Source: an uncultured Clostridia bacterium
Lineage (GTDB): Bacteria > Bacillota > Clostridia > Christensenellales > UBA1242
Assembly: GCA_934754445.1 (NCBI GenBank)
Contig: CAKVHZ010000005.1
Location: 1 to 54,484, forward strand
Reading direction: 5' to 3'
Length of the DNA: 54,484 nt
In this document: one piece after another, positions 1 through 9,378 of the stretch
Numbering within the stretch: position 1 is the stretch's first letter
Layout of the letters: every line of letters starts with the position of its first letter
The notes under the pieces: model-generated
Told to the model about the DNA's origin: nothing
What the model saw: only the letters and a program-made list of their open reading frames with translations
Database searches by the model: none
Position numbers and translations under genes: made by a program

Positions 1-43
1 GTTTAAACCCCTTTTAAGAAACGCTGTATTACGAAGTTTTTTC

Positions 44-2017
44 TCAGTAATTTGAGAATTGGCTGTTGTATAAGTTATAGTAAAACCCCTTTTTTTGAAG
101 TAATTGCTTGTGCGTGCCTTGTTCTATAATGTTGCCTTTGTTCATTACTAAAATTATATCTGATGAAATAATTGTAGATAACCTATGAGCGACAACAAAG
201 GTTGTTTTATTTTTCATTATTGAGTTAAATGCTTCTTGAATTTGTAGTTCGGTTCGAGTGTCAATATTGCTAGTTGCTTCATCTAAAATTAGCATTAGTG
301 GTTTTGTTAGCATTAGTCTTGCAATACAAATAAGTTGTTTTTGACCTTGACTTAAATTATCGCCATTTTCTGTGATAATAGTATCATAACCATTTTCTAA
401 AGTTTCTATAAAATAGTGCGCTCCTGCCTTTTTAGATGCTTTGATTATATCTTCTAGTTTCGCATCAGGACAGCCATAGGCGATATTATCTTTAATAGAT
501 GCTGAGAATAACCAAGTTTCTTGTAAAACCATGCCGAATTGTTTTCTTAAACTATCTCTAGTTAAGTCTTTTACATTATGGCCAGAAACTAAAATTTCGC
601 CAGAGTTAACATCATAAAATCGCATTAATAAATTAATAAGTGTGCTTTTCCCACAACCCGTAGGACCAACAATAGCCACTTTTTGTCCTTTCTCTACACT
701 TAAATTTAAGTTTTGAATTAATTTTTTATCTTGAGTATAAGAAAAATTTACATCTTTAAATACAACTGTTCCATCACATTTATCTAAAACTAAATTGTTT
801 TCATCACTAACTTCGTTTTCAATATCTAAAACATTAAAAACTCTTACTGCTGATGCTATAGCCGACTGAATATCTGAAAAAACTCCTGTAATTTCATCAA
901 AAGGTTTGGTGTATTTATTTGCATAAGACAACATAGTTGAAATAGAACCAATAGACATTTGTCCGTTTATTGCAAAAAGTGTGCCCATAATTGCTACTAT
1001 TGCATATAAGATGCCGTTTATAAATCTTGCTAGTGGGTTTGTTAGCGAGGCATAAAATACCGCTTGTTCGTTATATCCCCTTAAATTTTGATTAATTTTG
1101 TTGAACTTATTAACTGAACGGTCTTCATATTGAAATGCTTTGACAATTTTTTGATTTCCTACCATTTCGGTTAATTGACCAGATAAATCGCCAAGTGCTT
1201 TTGCTTGTTTTTTAAATAATTTATCTGATTTTTTAGCAATAATGGTTGCCACTAATATGCTTAAAGGTGTTACACAAACAATGACTATAGAAATTGTTAT
1301 GTTGATTCTAAACATAAATATTAATGTTAAAACGATACTTGCTAAACAATCAAAAATTGTTGTTAATCCTAAAACAAAGCCATCGGTTATGTTGTCAACA
1401 TCGTTTACCATTCTACTTTGTAAATCTCCATGAGATGAGTTATCTATAGTTTTTAGTGCTACTTTATTAAATTTTTTAAATATATCTATGTGTAATCTTT
1501 CTTCTATTTTATAAGATAGTGTATTTGCCATTTTGCTAGTAAGCCATTTAAAAATTGCAAAACCTACAATGCAAACAGAAAGCCACATAATAATTATGCC
1601 TAATTTTTCAAAATTAACATTGCCTATTTCTATAATTTGGTCTACACCTTTACCAATTAAAATAGGAATTAAAACTTCAAATATAGAATTTATAAAAGCA
1701 AAAATTATTGCAAAAATCAAATAACCCATAAACGGTTTAGCGAGTTTAAAAAATCGTCTTAAAACCTTAGGATTTTTATTTTTTATGTTTGCTACTCTTT
1801 CTATTTTAGGGGCTTTATCAGTTAAAATTATAGTTTTATCTGTTACTTTTTCTTGTTTTAATTCATTAATTATTTTGTTTGGAGTTTCAATGGAAGATGG
1901 CACAACCACTTTTTGCGTTACCGCTGGTTGCACCTTTTCTGGATTATTAAACGAAGGTTTTGGTAATTCTTCTATCGCCTTTTTAATCTCTCTTTCTTCT
2001 TTTTTGTTATCCATCAT
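44..2017 (-). CDS. ABC exporter half-transporter (fused permease/ATPase, MdlB/MsbA-like)
   Basis: 657-aa track ORF with a TM-rich N-half. Walker A GPTGCGKST, signature LSQGQKQ, Walker B LILDEATS. A ~95-aa non-membrane N-terminal extension suggests the true start may be internal. Confidence 0.9.
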   Translation of the reverse strand: MMDNKKEEREIKKAIEELPKPSFNNPEKVQPAVTQKVVVPSSIETPNKIINELKQEKVTDKTIILTDKAPKIERVANIKNKNPKVLRRFFKLAKPFMGYLIFAIIFAFINSIFEVLIPILIGKGVDQIIEIGNVNFEKLGIIIMWLSVCIVGFAIFKWLTSKMANTLSYKIEERLHIDIFKKFNKVALKTIDNSSHGDLQSRMVNDVDNITDGFVLGLTTIFDCLASIVLTLIFMFRINITISIVIVCVTPLSILVATIIAKKSDKLFKKQAKALGDLSGQLTEMVGNQKIVKAFQYEDRSVNKFNKINQNLRGYNEQAVFYASLTNPLARFINGILYAIVAIMGTLFAINGQMSIGSISTMLSYANKYTKPFDEITGVFSDIQSAIASAVRVFNVLDIENEVSDENNLVLDKCDGTVVFKDVNFSYTQDKKLIQNLNLSVEKGQKVAIVGPTGCGKSTLINLLMRFYDVNSGEILVSGHNVKDLTRDSLRKQFGMVLQETWLFSASIKDNIAYGCPDAKLEDIIKASKKAGAHYFIETLENGYDTIITENGDNLSQGQKQLICIARLMLTKPLMLILDEATSNIDTRTELQIQEAFNSIMKNKTTFVVAHRLSTIISSDIILVMNKGNIIEQGTHKQLLQKKGFYYNLYNSQFSNY

Positions 2018-2023
2018 TTCCCC

Positions 2024-3754
2024 TTATTTTGTTTGAGAATCATATATTTCTTTATAAACTTTACAATTTTCTAACAACTCTTTATGTTTGCCTATTCCCA
2101 CAACATTCCCTTTATCTAGCACAACGATTATATCAGCATTTTTTACAGTGTTTGCTCTTTGAGAAATTAGCACTACCGTTGTATTTTTAATGTTTTGTTT
2201 TATCGCTTTTCTTAAGTTCGCATCGGTTTGAAAGTCTAACGCACTAGCGCTATCATCCATAATTAAAATTTCAGGGTCTCCTACTAATGCTCTTGCTATA
2301 GTCAATCTTTGACGCTGACCACCAGAAAAGTTTTTGCCACCTGATTGAACCATATAATCATATTTGTTAGGCAATTCGCTAACAAACTCTTCACTTTGCG
2401 AAATTTTTAAAGATTTATCCATTTCTTCTAATGTGGCATTTGGTTTTCTCCACGAAAGATTTTCTTTAAGTGTTCCTTTAAATAATACTGCTTTTTGTGG
2501 AACAACTCCTATTTTATCTCTAAGTTGTTTAAAACTATAATCTTTAACATTTACGCCGTCTACAAAAACTTCTCCACTAGTAGTGTCATAAAATCTAGGA
2601 ATTAAATATGCTACACTACTTTTTCCGCTTCCCGTTCCACCAATAATACCTAAAGTTTGACCACTATAAAGTTTTATTGATAAATTTTTAAAAGCAAATT
2701 TGGAGTCTATGCCATAAGAAAAAGAAACATTTTTAAATTCTATTTTAGGTATTTCTTTATCTGTTTCAATTTCTATAAATTCTTTATTTGTTTCTTCAAC
2801 ACTAGGTTTAGTATCAAAAACTTCGTTAATTCTTCCAGCACAATTAAACGCTTTTATAAAAGCAATTATTATATTTGCTAGTGATACTAGTGCCGAAGTT
2901 ATTTGCGTTAAGTAATTAATAAATGCAATTATTTGACCTTGTGTAAGCGAGCCGACATTTACTTGAATTCCCCCAAACCATAAAACTGCAACAATTGTAA
3001 AGTTAATAATGGTAAAAGTTAAAGGATTCATTAAAGATGAAACATCAACAACTTTTATTGCCGATTTCCTTAGTCTTTTAGCACTTTCAACAAATCTTTC
3101 TTCTTCGTAATTTTGCTTATTAAAAGCTCTAACAACCCTAACACCCTCTAGGTTTTCTCTCGTTATTTCCGATAACTTATCTAAATTCTTTTGAGTTTTG
3201 TTATATAGTGGGTCGGTTAATTTTAAAATTAAAAATATAACACCTAAAATTAAAGGCGAAACTATTAAAAATATTAGCGATAATTTAATGTCTATAATCA
3301 TCGCCATGACAATAGAACCAATAAGTAGAAATGGCGTTCGCATTACATTTCTTAAAAAAGAAGAAACCGCTGTTTGAACTCTTGAAACATCGTGAGTTAT
3401 TCTATTGTTAATGCTTGCGGTGCTAAATTTATCAAGTTCAGCATGAGATAAAGTATTAATATGAGCAAAAAGGTTTTTACGAATTTCCGCACCAAAACCC
3501 ATGCTGGCTTTTGCAGCATGTTTTTGACATATAACGGCAACTATTATTCCTAAAATGTTTAAACCAACAACTATTGAACCATATATCGCTATATATCTTA
3601 TATCATGATTAGCAACACCAATATCTATCATGTTTGCCACTAATAATGGTATAATCAATTCTGTAATTGTTTCTATAAATTTAAAACAAGGAGCAATTAT
3701 TGCATCTTTTCTGTATCCTTTTAAATATTTTAATAGTTTTTTCATGAATATCAC
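2024..3754 (-). CDS. ABC exporter half-transporter, probable heterodimer partner of the downstream ORF
   Basis: 576 aa. Walker A GGTGSGKSS, signature FSGGQRQR, Walker B LIMDDSAS. Only 6 nt separate it from the next ORF. Confidence 0.9.
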   Translation of the reverse strand: MIFMKKLLKYLKGYRKDAIIAPCFKFIETITELIIPLLVANMIDIGVANHDIRYIAIYGSIVVGLNILGIIVAVICQKHAAKASMGFGAEIRKNLFAHINTLSHAELDKFSTASINNRITHDVSRVQTAVSSFLRNVMRTPFLLIGSIVMAMIIDIKLSLIFLIVSPLILGVIFLILKLTDPLYNKTQKNLDKLSEITRENLEGVRVVRAFNKQNYEEERFVESAKRLRKSAIKVVDVSSLMNPLTFTIINFTIVAVLWFGGIQVNVGSLTQGQIIAFINYLTQITSALVSLANIIIAFIKAFNCAGRINEVFDTKPSVEETNKEFIEIETDKEIPKIEFKNVSFSYGIDSKFAFKNLSIKLYSGQTLGIIGGTGSGKSSVAYLIPRFYDTTSGEVFVDGVNVKDYSFKQLRDKIGVVPQKAVLFKGTLKENLSWRKPNATLEEMDKSLKISQSEEFVSELPNKYDYMVQSGGKNFSGGQRQRLTIARALVGDPEILIMDDSASALDFQTDANLRKAIKQNIKNTTVVLISQRANTVKNADIIVVLDKGNVVGIGKHKELLENCKVYKEIYDSQTK

Positions 3755-3923
3755 ATTTTAACATAATTATACAAATATTGCAAGTCTTTATATGTTTTGT
3801 ATTAACATTCAATAATTATTTATATATAAATAGTGTTTTCCCTTACTTAATTTTTATTCTATTTGTTATTTTAATTTACAAATTTTAAAATTTAATGTAA
3901 TATATTATTATAAGGAGATTTTA

Positions 3924-4415
3924 ATGGACTACTATAATAAAAAACTAATTTCAAATTTAATAATATCAATAATGCTAACAATTTTCTTTCCTATAGGAGT
4001 ATTAGGAATAATATTTGGTGCAACAAAACATATAACAATTCTATTAGTGTTTGGAATTATTTTAACAATCCTTGGCTTTTATGTTTCTCCCGTTATGTGG
4101 GGAGTTTATGGAAATACAAAAAGTTTAAAAATAGTTTTGAATTTAATAGTAAATGAGTATATGTATTCAGTTAGCGATATTGCTACTCACCTAAACAAAA
4201 GCGAAGAAGAAATAAAAACTAAAATATCCACTTTAATTGAAAAAGGATATTTAAAAGGATATATTTATAAAGACGGCTTTTTAGAATTAAACACAAATAA
4301 AAAACAAACTGGCGAGCATACAAAAACTATTAAATGCACAAACTGTGGCGGAACAATGCATTTAGATGGCATAAACTATGTTTGCGACTATTGTGGAACT
4401 GTAAAACATAAATAA
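3924..4415 (+). CDS. Hypothetical membrane protein with C-terminal zinc ribbon
   Basis: N-terminal hydrophobic helices. C-terminus CTNCGGTMHLDGINYVCDYCG (two CxxC pairs). GGAG-type RBS (aaggagattttaATG). Confidence 0.5.
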   Translation: MDYYNKKLISNLIISIMLTIFFPIGVLGIIFGATKHITILLVFGIILTILGFYVSPVMWGVYGNTKSLKIVLNLIVNEYMYSVSDIATHLNKSEEEIKTKISTLIEKGYLKGYIYKDGFLELNTNKKQTGEHTKTIKCTNCGGTMHLDGINYVCDYCGTVKHK

Positions 4416-4480
4416 AGTGAAAGACTAAGAGTGAGATGACAGATAAATTATAAAACATAAAAAATATATTGATAAACTAA

Positions 4481-4513
4481 AAAAAAGAAGTGAAAATTTA
4501 ATCACTTCTTTTT
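4481..4513. terminator. Bidirectional rho-independent terminator between convergent genes
   Basis: AAGAAGTGA / TCACTTCTT stem flanked by an A-run and a T-run. Confidence 0.7.
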
Positions 4514-4515
4514 AA

Positions 4516-4734
4516 TTATTTGAAAAACAAGTAAAGCAATAAGGCTTCGCAAGGTAGTTTTATTTTTTTTCGTTTAAACTTCTCACATTCTTTTTTTGCT
4601 TCTATTTCATGTTCAATAATATTCCTTTTTTTTGTTTCTTTATAATCTATATAAAGTTCGTTACTATAAAAAACTTCTCTTTTTCCACCGCGCATGCTTG
4701 TAAGTGTGGCTTGAAATTTAAGTTTTTTGCTCAT
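4516..4734 (-). CDS. Hypothetical small basic protein
   Basis: 72-aa track ORF whose start overlaps the stop of the upstream ORF by 1 nt. No recognisable motif. Confidence 0.3.
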   Translation of the reverse strand: MSKKLKFQATLTSMRGGKREVFYSNELYIDYKETKKRNIIEHEIEAKKECEKFKRKKIKLPCEALLLYLFFK

Positions 4735-5501
4735 TATTTTACCTCAACTTCAAAGGTTACTGTTATTTCATCTCCCGCATTCATATCTTGTAATTTAAAA
4801 CCAACTGTTGGGTCTAAACCTTCTTTTAGTTCATTATTTATTTTAACACTATTTTCCACAAAACTTGTTTCTGCTGGTATATCATCTTTAAAGAAAATAT
4901 CAGTATTTAAATATCGCCCATTGTTTGTTATAACATTTTGAAACATTAAATTGTCACCTTTAATTACTGCACTTTTATTTGAAGTTTTTACTATTGTTAT
5001 TTTATTATCACTTATTTCTATACTCACAACCATGGTTTTTTCGGTAAAATTTAAATCTTCATTAACTGTATAACTTATATCACTAATCGTGTTTATAATA
5101 TCAGTTGCAGGACTTTCGTTAATCACTAACAAATATGTTATAGTTATGTTTTCTCCCGCATTTATAGGGTTATCAAGTACAACCCCCTTAGTAATATCCG
5201 CATCTAATTTTGCTACTCCGCCTATTATTAAAGACCCCGCTTTAAAAGTTCCTCCACTACTTATTGTTTCTTTAATATTTGTTACAGTTATAGGATATTC
5301 ACTATTATTTATTAATTTTAAAGTTTGTAAAATTTCATCCTTGGGTGCACCATAACTACTTGCTGTAGATTTTTCTTTTAAAAACGATGTCGTCATATTT
5401 TCAGTAGCAGATTCGTTACTTTGGGTTTGATAGTTTTTTTTAGTATCATCAGGCATAGTGTAATTAGAAGTTAAATTAGATATATTTATTATTTTTGCCA
5501 T
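4734..5501 (-). CDS. Hypothetical beta-rich protein, DUF11/CARDB-like repeat character
   Basis: 255 aa, no signal peptide or TM. T/N/I/V-rich alternating pattern. The ending GDEITVTFEVEVK resembles DUF11-type repeat ends. Confidence 0.45.
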   Translation of the reverse strand: MAKIINISNLTSNYTMPDDTKKNYQTQSNESATENMTTSFLKEKSTASSYGAPKDEILQTLKLINNSEYPITVTNIKETISSGGTFKAGSLIIGGVAKLDADITKGVVLDNPINAGENITITYLLVINESPATDIINTISDISYTVNEDLNFTEKTMVVSIEISDNKITIVKTSNKSAVIKGDNLMFQNVITNNGRYLNTDIFFKDDIPAETSFVENSVKINNELKEGLDPTVGFKLQDMNAGDEITVTFEVEVK

Positions 5502-5623
5502 ACTTTTCTCCTTGAGTTATTTATAACCACTATATGTAACTTAAAATAAAATTGCTAACAAAATAAATTTTTAAAGTTTATTTATTATGCTTAAATTAAA
5601 AATTATGTTATAATAAAATAAAT

Positions 5624-6061
5624 ATGGAAAAATTAATTGATAATATATTGGTTGAGTTTAAAATAAACGAAAAAGAAATAAAAAATTATTCAATGCTCTC
5701 TCTTGCCTTTTTAGGAGATAGTATTCATAGTTTATATATAAGAAATTATTTGATTACTAAAGCAAATTCTAAAGTTAAAGAATTACATTCAATGGCTACT
5801 AAATATGTTAAAGCAAAATCTCAAAGCATTGTGATAGAAAATTTAAACGATTTAACTTTAGAAGAACAGCAAATAGTAAAAACCGCAAGAAACAGCAAAA
5901 CGAATAATATTGCTAAAAATAGCACAATAAAAGATTATAAAAATGCAACCGCATTTGAAGCACTACTTGGCTATTTAGCATTAAACAAAAATTATGAAAG
6001 ATTAAACAAAATATTAAAAAAATCGGTAGAAATTACTGAAAAACCATTAAAAAACAATTAA
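5624..6061 (+). CDS. mrnC: Mini-ribonuclease 3 (Mini-III)
   Basis: RNase III-like signature AFLGDSIHSLYIRNYL and FEALLGYL. Bacillus-like synteny mrnC-rlmB-sigH. Confidence 0.85.
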   Translation: MEKLIDNILVEFKINEKEIKNYSMLSLAFLGDSIHSLYIRNYLITKANSKVKELHSMATKYVKAKSQSIVIENLNDLTLEEQQIVKTARNSKTNNIAKNSTIKDYKNATAFEALLGYLALNKNYERLNKILKKSVEITEKPLKNN

Positions 6062-6075
6062 AAGGAATAACAAAT

Positions 6076-6792
6076 ATGAGAATTTATGGTAAAAACACTT
6101 GCATAGAATATTTAAAAAGTGGTAGTAAAATTAATAAGGTTTATTTACAAAAAAACATAGATGAAAAGTTTAAAAACGAAGTTTGCTCTTTATATAAAAA
6201 TACAAATTTAGTTGAAAAAGATTTTTTAAACAAATTAACAAATTTTAAAAATCATCAAGGTATTGTAATTGACATTGAAGAATATAAATTTTGTGATTTA
6301 GATGAAATATTACAAATTCATAAACAAAAAAACACTAATGCATTTATTGTAATTTTAGACAATTTAGAAGACCCACAAAATTTTGGTAGTTTAATTAGAA
6401 GTAGTGTTTGTGCTGGAGCGGACGGAATAATTATTCCTAAAAATCACAGCGTTAGCATAACAGAAACAGTCTATAAAGTAAGTAGTGGTGCATTAAATCA
6501 TATAAAAATTTGTATGGTTAATAACATAAACGAAGCCATTAAAAAAATTAAAAAAGAAAATATTTTTGTTTATGGACTAGAAGCAGGCGAAACTTATATT
6601 TATAATGCCGACCTAACTTATAATATTGCTTTAGTTGTTGGTAGTGAAGGAAAAGGAATAAGCAGACTTACTAAAGAACTTTGTGATGAAATTGTAAGTA
6701 TTCCTATAACTAACAAAATAAATAGTTTAAATGCTCAAGTAGCAGGAGCAATAGGATTATTTGAAGTAGTCCGTCAACGAACAAAAGGATAA
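6076..6792 (+). CDS. rlmB: 23S rRNA 2'-O-ribose methyltransferase, SpoU/TrmH family (RlmB/YacO-like)
   Basis: Motifs LDNLEDPQNFGSLIRS, LVVGSEGKGIS, SLNAQVAGAI. Synteny supports the call. Confidence 0.85.
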   Translation: MRIYGKNTCIEYLKSGSKINKVYLQKNIDEKFKNEVCSLYKNTNLVEKDFLNKLTNFKNHQGIVIDIEEYKFCDLDEILQIHKQKNTNAFIVILDNLEDPQNFGSLIRSSVCAGADGIIIPKNHSVSITETVYKVSSGALNHIKICMVNNINEAIKKIKKENIFVYGLEAGETYIYNADLTYNIALVVGSEGKGISRLTKELCDEIVSIPITNKINSLNAQVAGAIGLFEVVRQRTKG

Positions 6793-6794
6793 AA

Positions 6795-7340
6795 ATGGAA
6801 GATATAGAATTAATTGAAAGAGCAAAAAATGGCGATGAAAAATGTTTAGATACATTAATGGCAAGTTATAAAAAATTAGTTACTACAATATCTAGAAAAT
6901 ACTTTATAATAGGTGCCGACATAAACGATGTAATTCAAGAAGGAATGATAGGACTTTTTAATGCCTACACTAATTTTGATAAAGAAAAAAATGCTCAATT
7001 TAAAACTTTTGCAACAATTTGCATTAATAGGCAAATAATTTCCGCCATAAAAAAAGCATATAAATTTAGTAACGAATTAACGATTGATGATAATTTAAAT
7101 ATCTTAACAAATAATTCCCCTATCATCTCTCCAGAAGAAGATTTTATTTTTCACGAAGAATACAAATTACTTTTAAAAGAAATAGAAAAGCAATTAAGCA
7201 AAAAAGAGCAAGAAATTTTATATAAATTTTTAGAAAACAAAAGTTATGATGAAATTGCTGAAGAATTATCTTCTTCTAAAAAAAGTGTTGATAATGCTTT
7301 AAGTAGAATAAGAAATAAATTAAAATATTTAAACAAATAG
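6795..7340 (+). CDS. sigH: Sporulation/transition-state sigma factor SigH
   Basis: IGADINDVIQEGMIGLFNAYTNFD and FKTFATICINRQIISAIKKA match my recollection of B. subtilis SigH region 2. C-terminal region-4 HTH SVDNALSRIRNKL. Confidence 0.85.
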   Translation: MEDIELIERAKNGDEKCLDTLMASYKKLVTTISRKYFIIGADINDVIQEGMIGLFNAYTNFDKEKNAQFKTFATICINRQIISAIKKAYKFSNELTIDDNLNILTNNSPIISPEEDFIFHEEYKLLLKEIEKQLSKKEQEILYKFLENKSYDEIAEELSSSKKSVDNALSRIRNKLKYLNK

Positions 7341-7407
7341 TTTTTAAATTTTTAGAAAATAAGTTATAATATAATAAAAGTAACTTATTTTTTTAAAGGA
7401 AATTTTT

Positions 7408-8508
7408 ATGACAAATTTAGCACTTTATAGAGAATATCGACCAGCAACTTTTGAAGATGTAATTGGTCAAGAACACATTATAAAAACTTTAAAAAATCAA
7501 ATTAAAAATAATAGTTTGTCTCACGCATATTTGTTTTGTGGAACAAGAGGCGTTGGTAAAACTAGCACAGCAAGAATTTTTGCAAAAGCAATAAATTGTG
7601 AAAATAATGTTGATGGCTCACCTTGTCTAAAATGTAAAACTTGTTTAAGTTTAAACAATTCTTCTAACATTGATATTTTAGAAATTGATGCCGCTTCTAA
7701 TAACAGAGTTGATGAGATAAGAGATTTAAGAGATAAAGTTAAATATCCCCCAGTAAATGGTAAATATAAAGTTTATATCATAGATGAAGTTCATATGTTA
7801 ACCGATAGTGCATATAATGCCTTACTTAAAACTTTAGAAGAACCACCTGCTCATGCAATATTTATATTATGCACAACAGAAGTTCATAAACTACCTAAAA
7901 CAATTCTTTCTCGTTGTATGCGTTTTGATTTTAGGTTGGTTTCTTGTGATGATTTAGAAAAATTGTTAATAAAAGTATTTAACGATAAAAACATTACATA
8001 TGAAAAAGAAGCCTTACATTTAATTGCTTCTCGTGGCGAAGGTAGCGTTAGAGATACTCTTTCTATTGCTGACCTTTGCGTAAGTTTTTGTAATAAAAAT
8101 GTAACTTACAAAGGATGCCTTGATGCCTTAGGTAGTTCTTCAATAGATAGTTTAGATGAAATAACCGATAGTTTAATTGAAAATAATGGCGAAAAATTAC
8201 TAACTAGTTTAGATAAAATTGCACTTAGTGGAATAAATTTTACTATTTTTGCAAAAGAACTTATTAGTTATTTTAAAACTTTACTCACAATAAAAAATGT
8301 TAATAATAGTCAAAGGTTTTTAATGCTACCTGATGATGTGTTTAATAAATACTTAAAAAGAGCAAATGCTTTTACTAGCGAAGAACTTTTAATGATTATG
8401 ACAAAACTAACCGAAATTGAAACTCAACTTAAATTTAGTTTAGATGCCCGAATGCAAGTGGAATTAACCCTACTTAACATTTTATGTGAAAAAAAAAAGA
8501 CTATCTAA
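7408..8508 (+). CDS. dnaX: DNA polymerase III gamma/tau subunit, 0-frame product (clamp-loader core only, 366 aa)
   Basis: Walker A GTRGVGKTS, zinc module CENNVDGSPCLKCKTC, Walker B IIDEVHML, sensor LSRCMRFDF. Ends ...CEKKKTI* two codons after an A10G run. Confidence 0.9.
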   Translation: MTNLALYREYRPATFEDVIGQEHIIKTLKNQIKNNSLSHAYLFCGTRGVGKTSTARIFAKAINCENNVDGSPCLKCKTCLSLNNSSNIDILEIDAASNNRVDEIRDLRDKVKYPPVNGKYKVYIIDEVHMLTDSAYNALLKTLEEPPAHAIFILCTTEVHKLPKTILSRCMRFDFRLVSCDDLEKLLIKVFNDKNITYEKEALHLIASRGEGSVRDTLSIADLCVSFCNKNVTYKGCLDALGSSSIDSLDEITDSLIENNGEKLLTSLDKIALSGINFTIFAKELISYFKTLLTIKNVNNSQRFLMLPDDVFNKYLKRANAFTSEELLMIMTKLTEIETQLKFSLDARMQVELTLLNILCEKKKTI

Positions 8509-8519
8509 AAACGGATAGT
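8489..8519 (+). promoter_or_regulatory. Candidate recoding / slippage site in dnaX: A10G run plus adjacent hairpin
   Basis: A-run 8489..8498 then G. The 0 frame reads GAA AAA AAA AAG, so A_AAA_AAG (8493..8499) is in the classical phase. Inverted repeat ACTATC(8500-8505)/GATAGT(8514-8519) follows immediately. Confidence 0.5.
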
Positions 8520-9035
8520 AATAAAAATAATAAAACTACTATTTCACAAACGAATAAAGAAACTAAAAATAATAATTTAGCAAGTAACAATACTCAAAAC
8601 GAAAATCATAATCAAACTAGTAGTGATATAAACAAAACTCAAGAAATAAATAATTCTGCTACTACACAAAATGCACAAATTATAGATAACGAAAGTTTTA
8701 ATGAAAATATTTTTAGCATAGAAAAAAACACCGACAAAACAAAACTAATAATGGCTAAAATTTTAAAAGAGTTAAGACAAAATGACGAACATTTACTGCA
8801 ATCGGTTTTTCAAGATTTTGAAAATGCAATAATTGTTAAAAACAAATTAATAGTTAGTTTTAGTGGCGAAAATTATAAAGAAATATTAGAAAAAACTAGC
8901 AATTTAACTACAATTAATGATATAATAAGTAGCGACGGCTTAATAGTAGAATATAAATTTGAAACTACTAAAAAAGAAAAAACAATTGATGAAATTTTGA
9001 AAGAAAAATTTAATAAAATAAATATAAAGGAGTAA
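8499..9035 (+). CDS. dnaX: dnaX -1 frame continuation: N/Q/T-rich linker plus tau C-terminal domain (includes track ORF 8751..9035)
   Basis: My translation of the -1 frame from 8499 (DYLKTDSNKNNKTTISQTNKE...KTKLIMAKILKEL...) has no stop until 9035. The final ~95 aa resemble the Firmicute DnaX C-terminal domain. There is no SD before the ATG at 8751. Confidence 0.6.
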   Translation, partial: DYLKTDSNKNNKTTISQTNKETKNNNLASNNTQNENHNQTSSDINKTQEINNSATTQNAQIIDNESFNENIFSIEKNTDKTKLIMAKILKELRQNDEHLLQSVFQDFENAIIVKNKLIVSFSGENYKEILEKTSNLTTINDIISSDGLIVEYKFETTKKEKTIDEILKEKFNKINIKE

Positions 9036-9039
9036 ATTT

Positions 9040-9375
9040 ATGAATAATTTTAGAGGTGGCTTTGGCGGTGGCATGGGTGGAATGAACATGCAAGCATTAA
9101 TGAAACAAGCACAAAAAATGCAAGAAGATTTAGCAAAAAAACAAGAGGAATTAGAAAGTTCAACTTTTAGCGCTACAAGTGGCGGTGGCATGATTAACAT
9201 TGAACTTAATGGTAAAAAAGAAATTTTAAGTTTAAAAATTAACAAAGAAATTGTTGACCCAGAAGATACTGAAATGTTAGAAGATATGATTATTGCTTGC
9301 TTTAATGAAGCATCTAAAAAGGTTGATGAAACTAAAAAATCTACTATGGGAGACATGGGCGGACTTCCCTTTTAA
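9040..9375 (+). CDS. ybaB: Nucleoid-associated protein YbaB/EbfC
   Basis: MQALMKQAQKMQEDLAKKQEELE core, 111 aa. Conserved dnaX-ybaB-recR synteny. Confidence 0.9.
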   Translation: MNNFRGGFGGGMGGMNMQALMKQAQKMQEDLAKKQEELESSTFSATSGGGMINIELNGKKEILSLKINKEIVDPEDTEMLEDMIIACFNEASKKVDETKKSTMGDMGGLPF

Positions 9376-9378
9376 TTT

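Noticed and set aside
8751-9035. Track ORF of 94 aa downstream of dnaX treated as an independent gene.
   Set aside because: No SD precedes its ATG. The same frame is open upstream all the way back to the dnaX A-run, and its sequence looks like the DnaX C-terminal domain. I treat it as part of dnaX.
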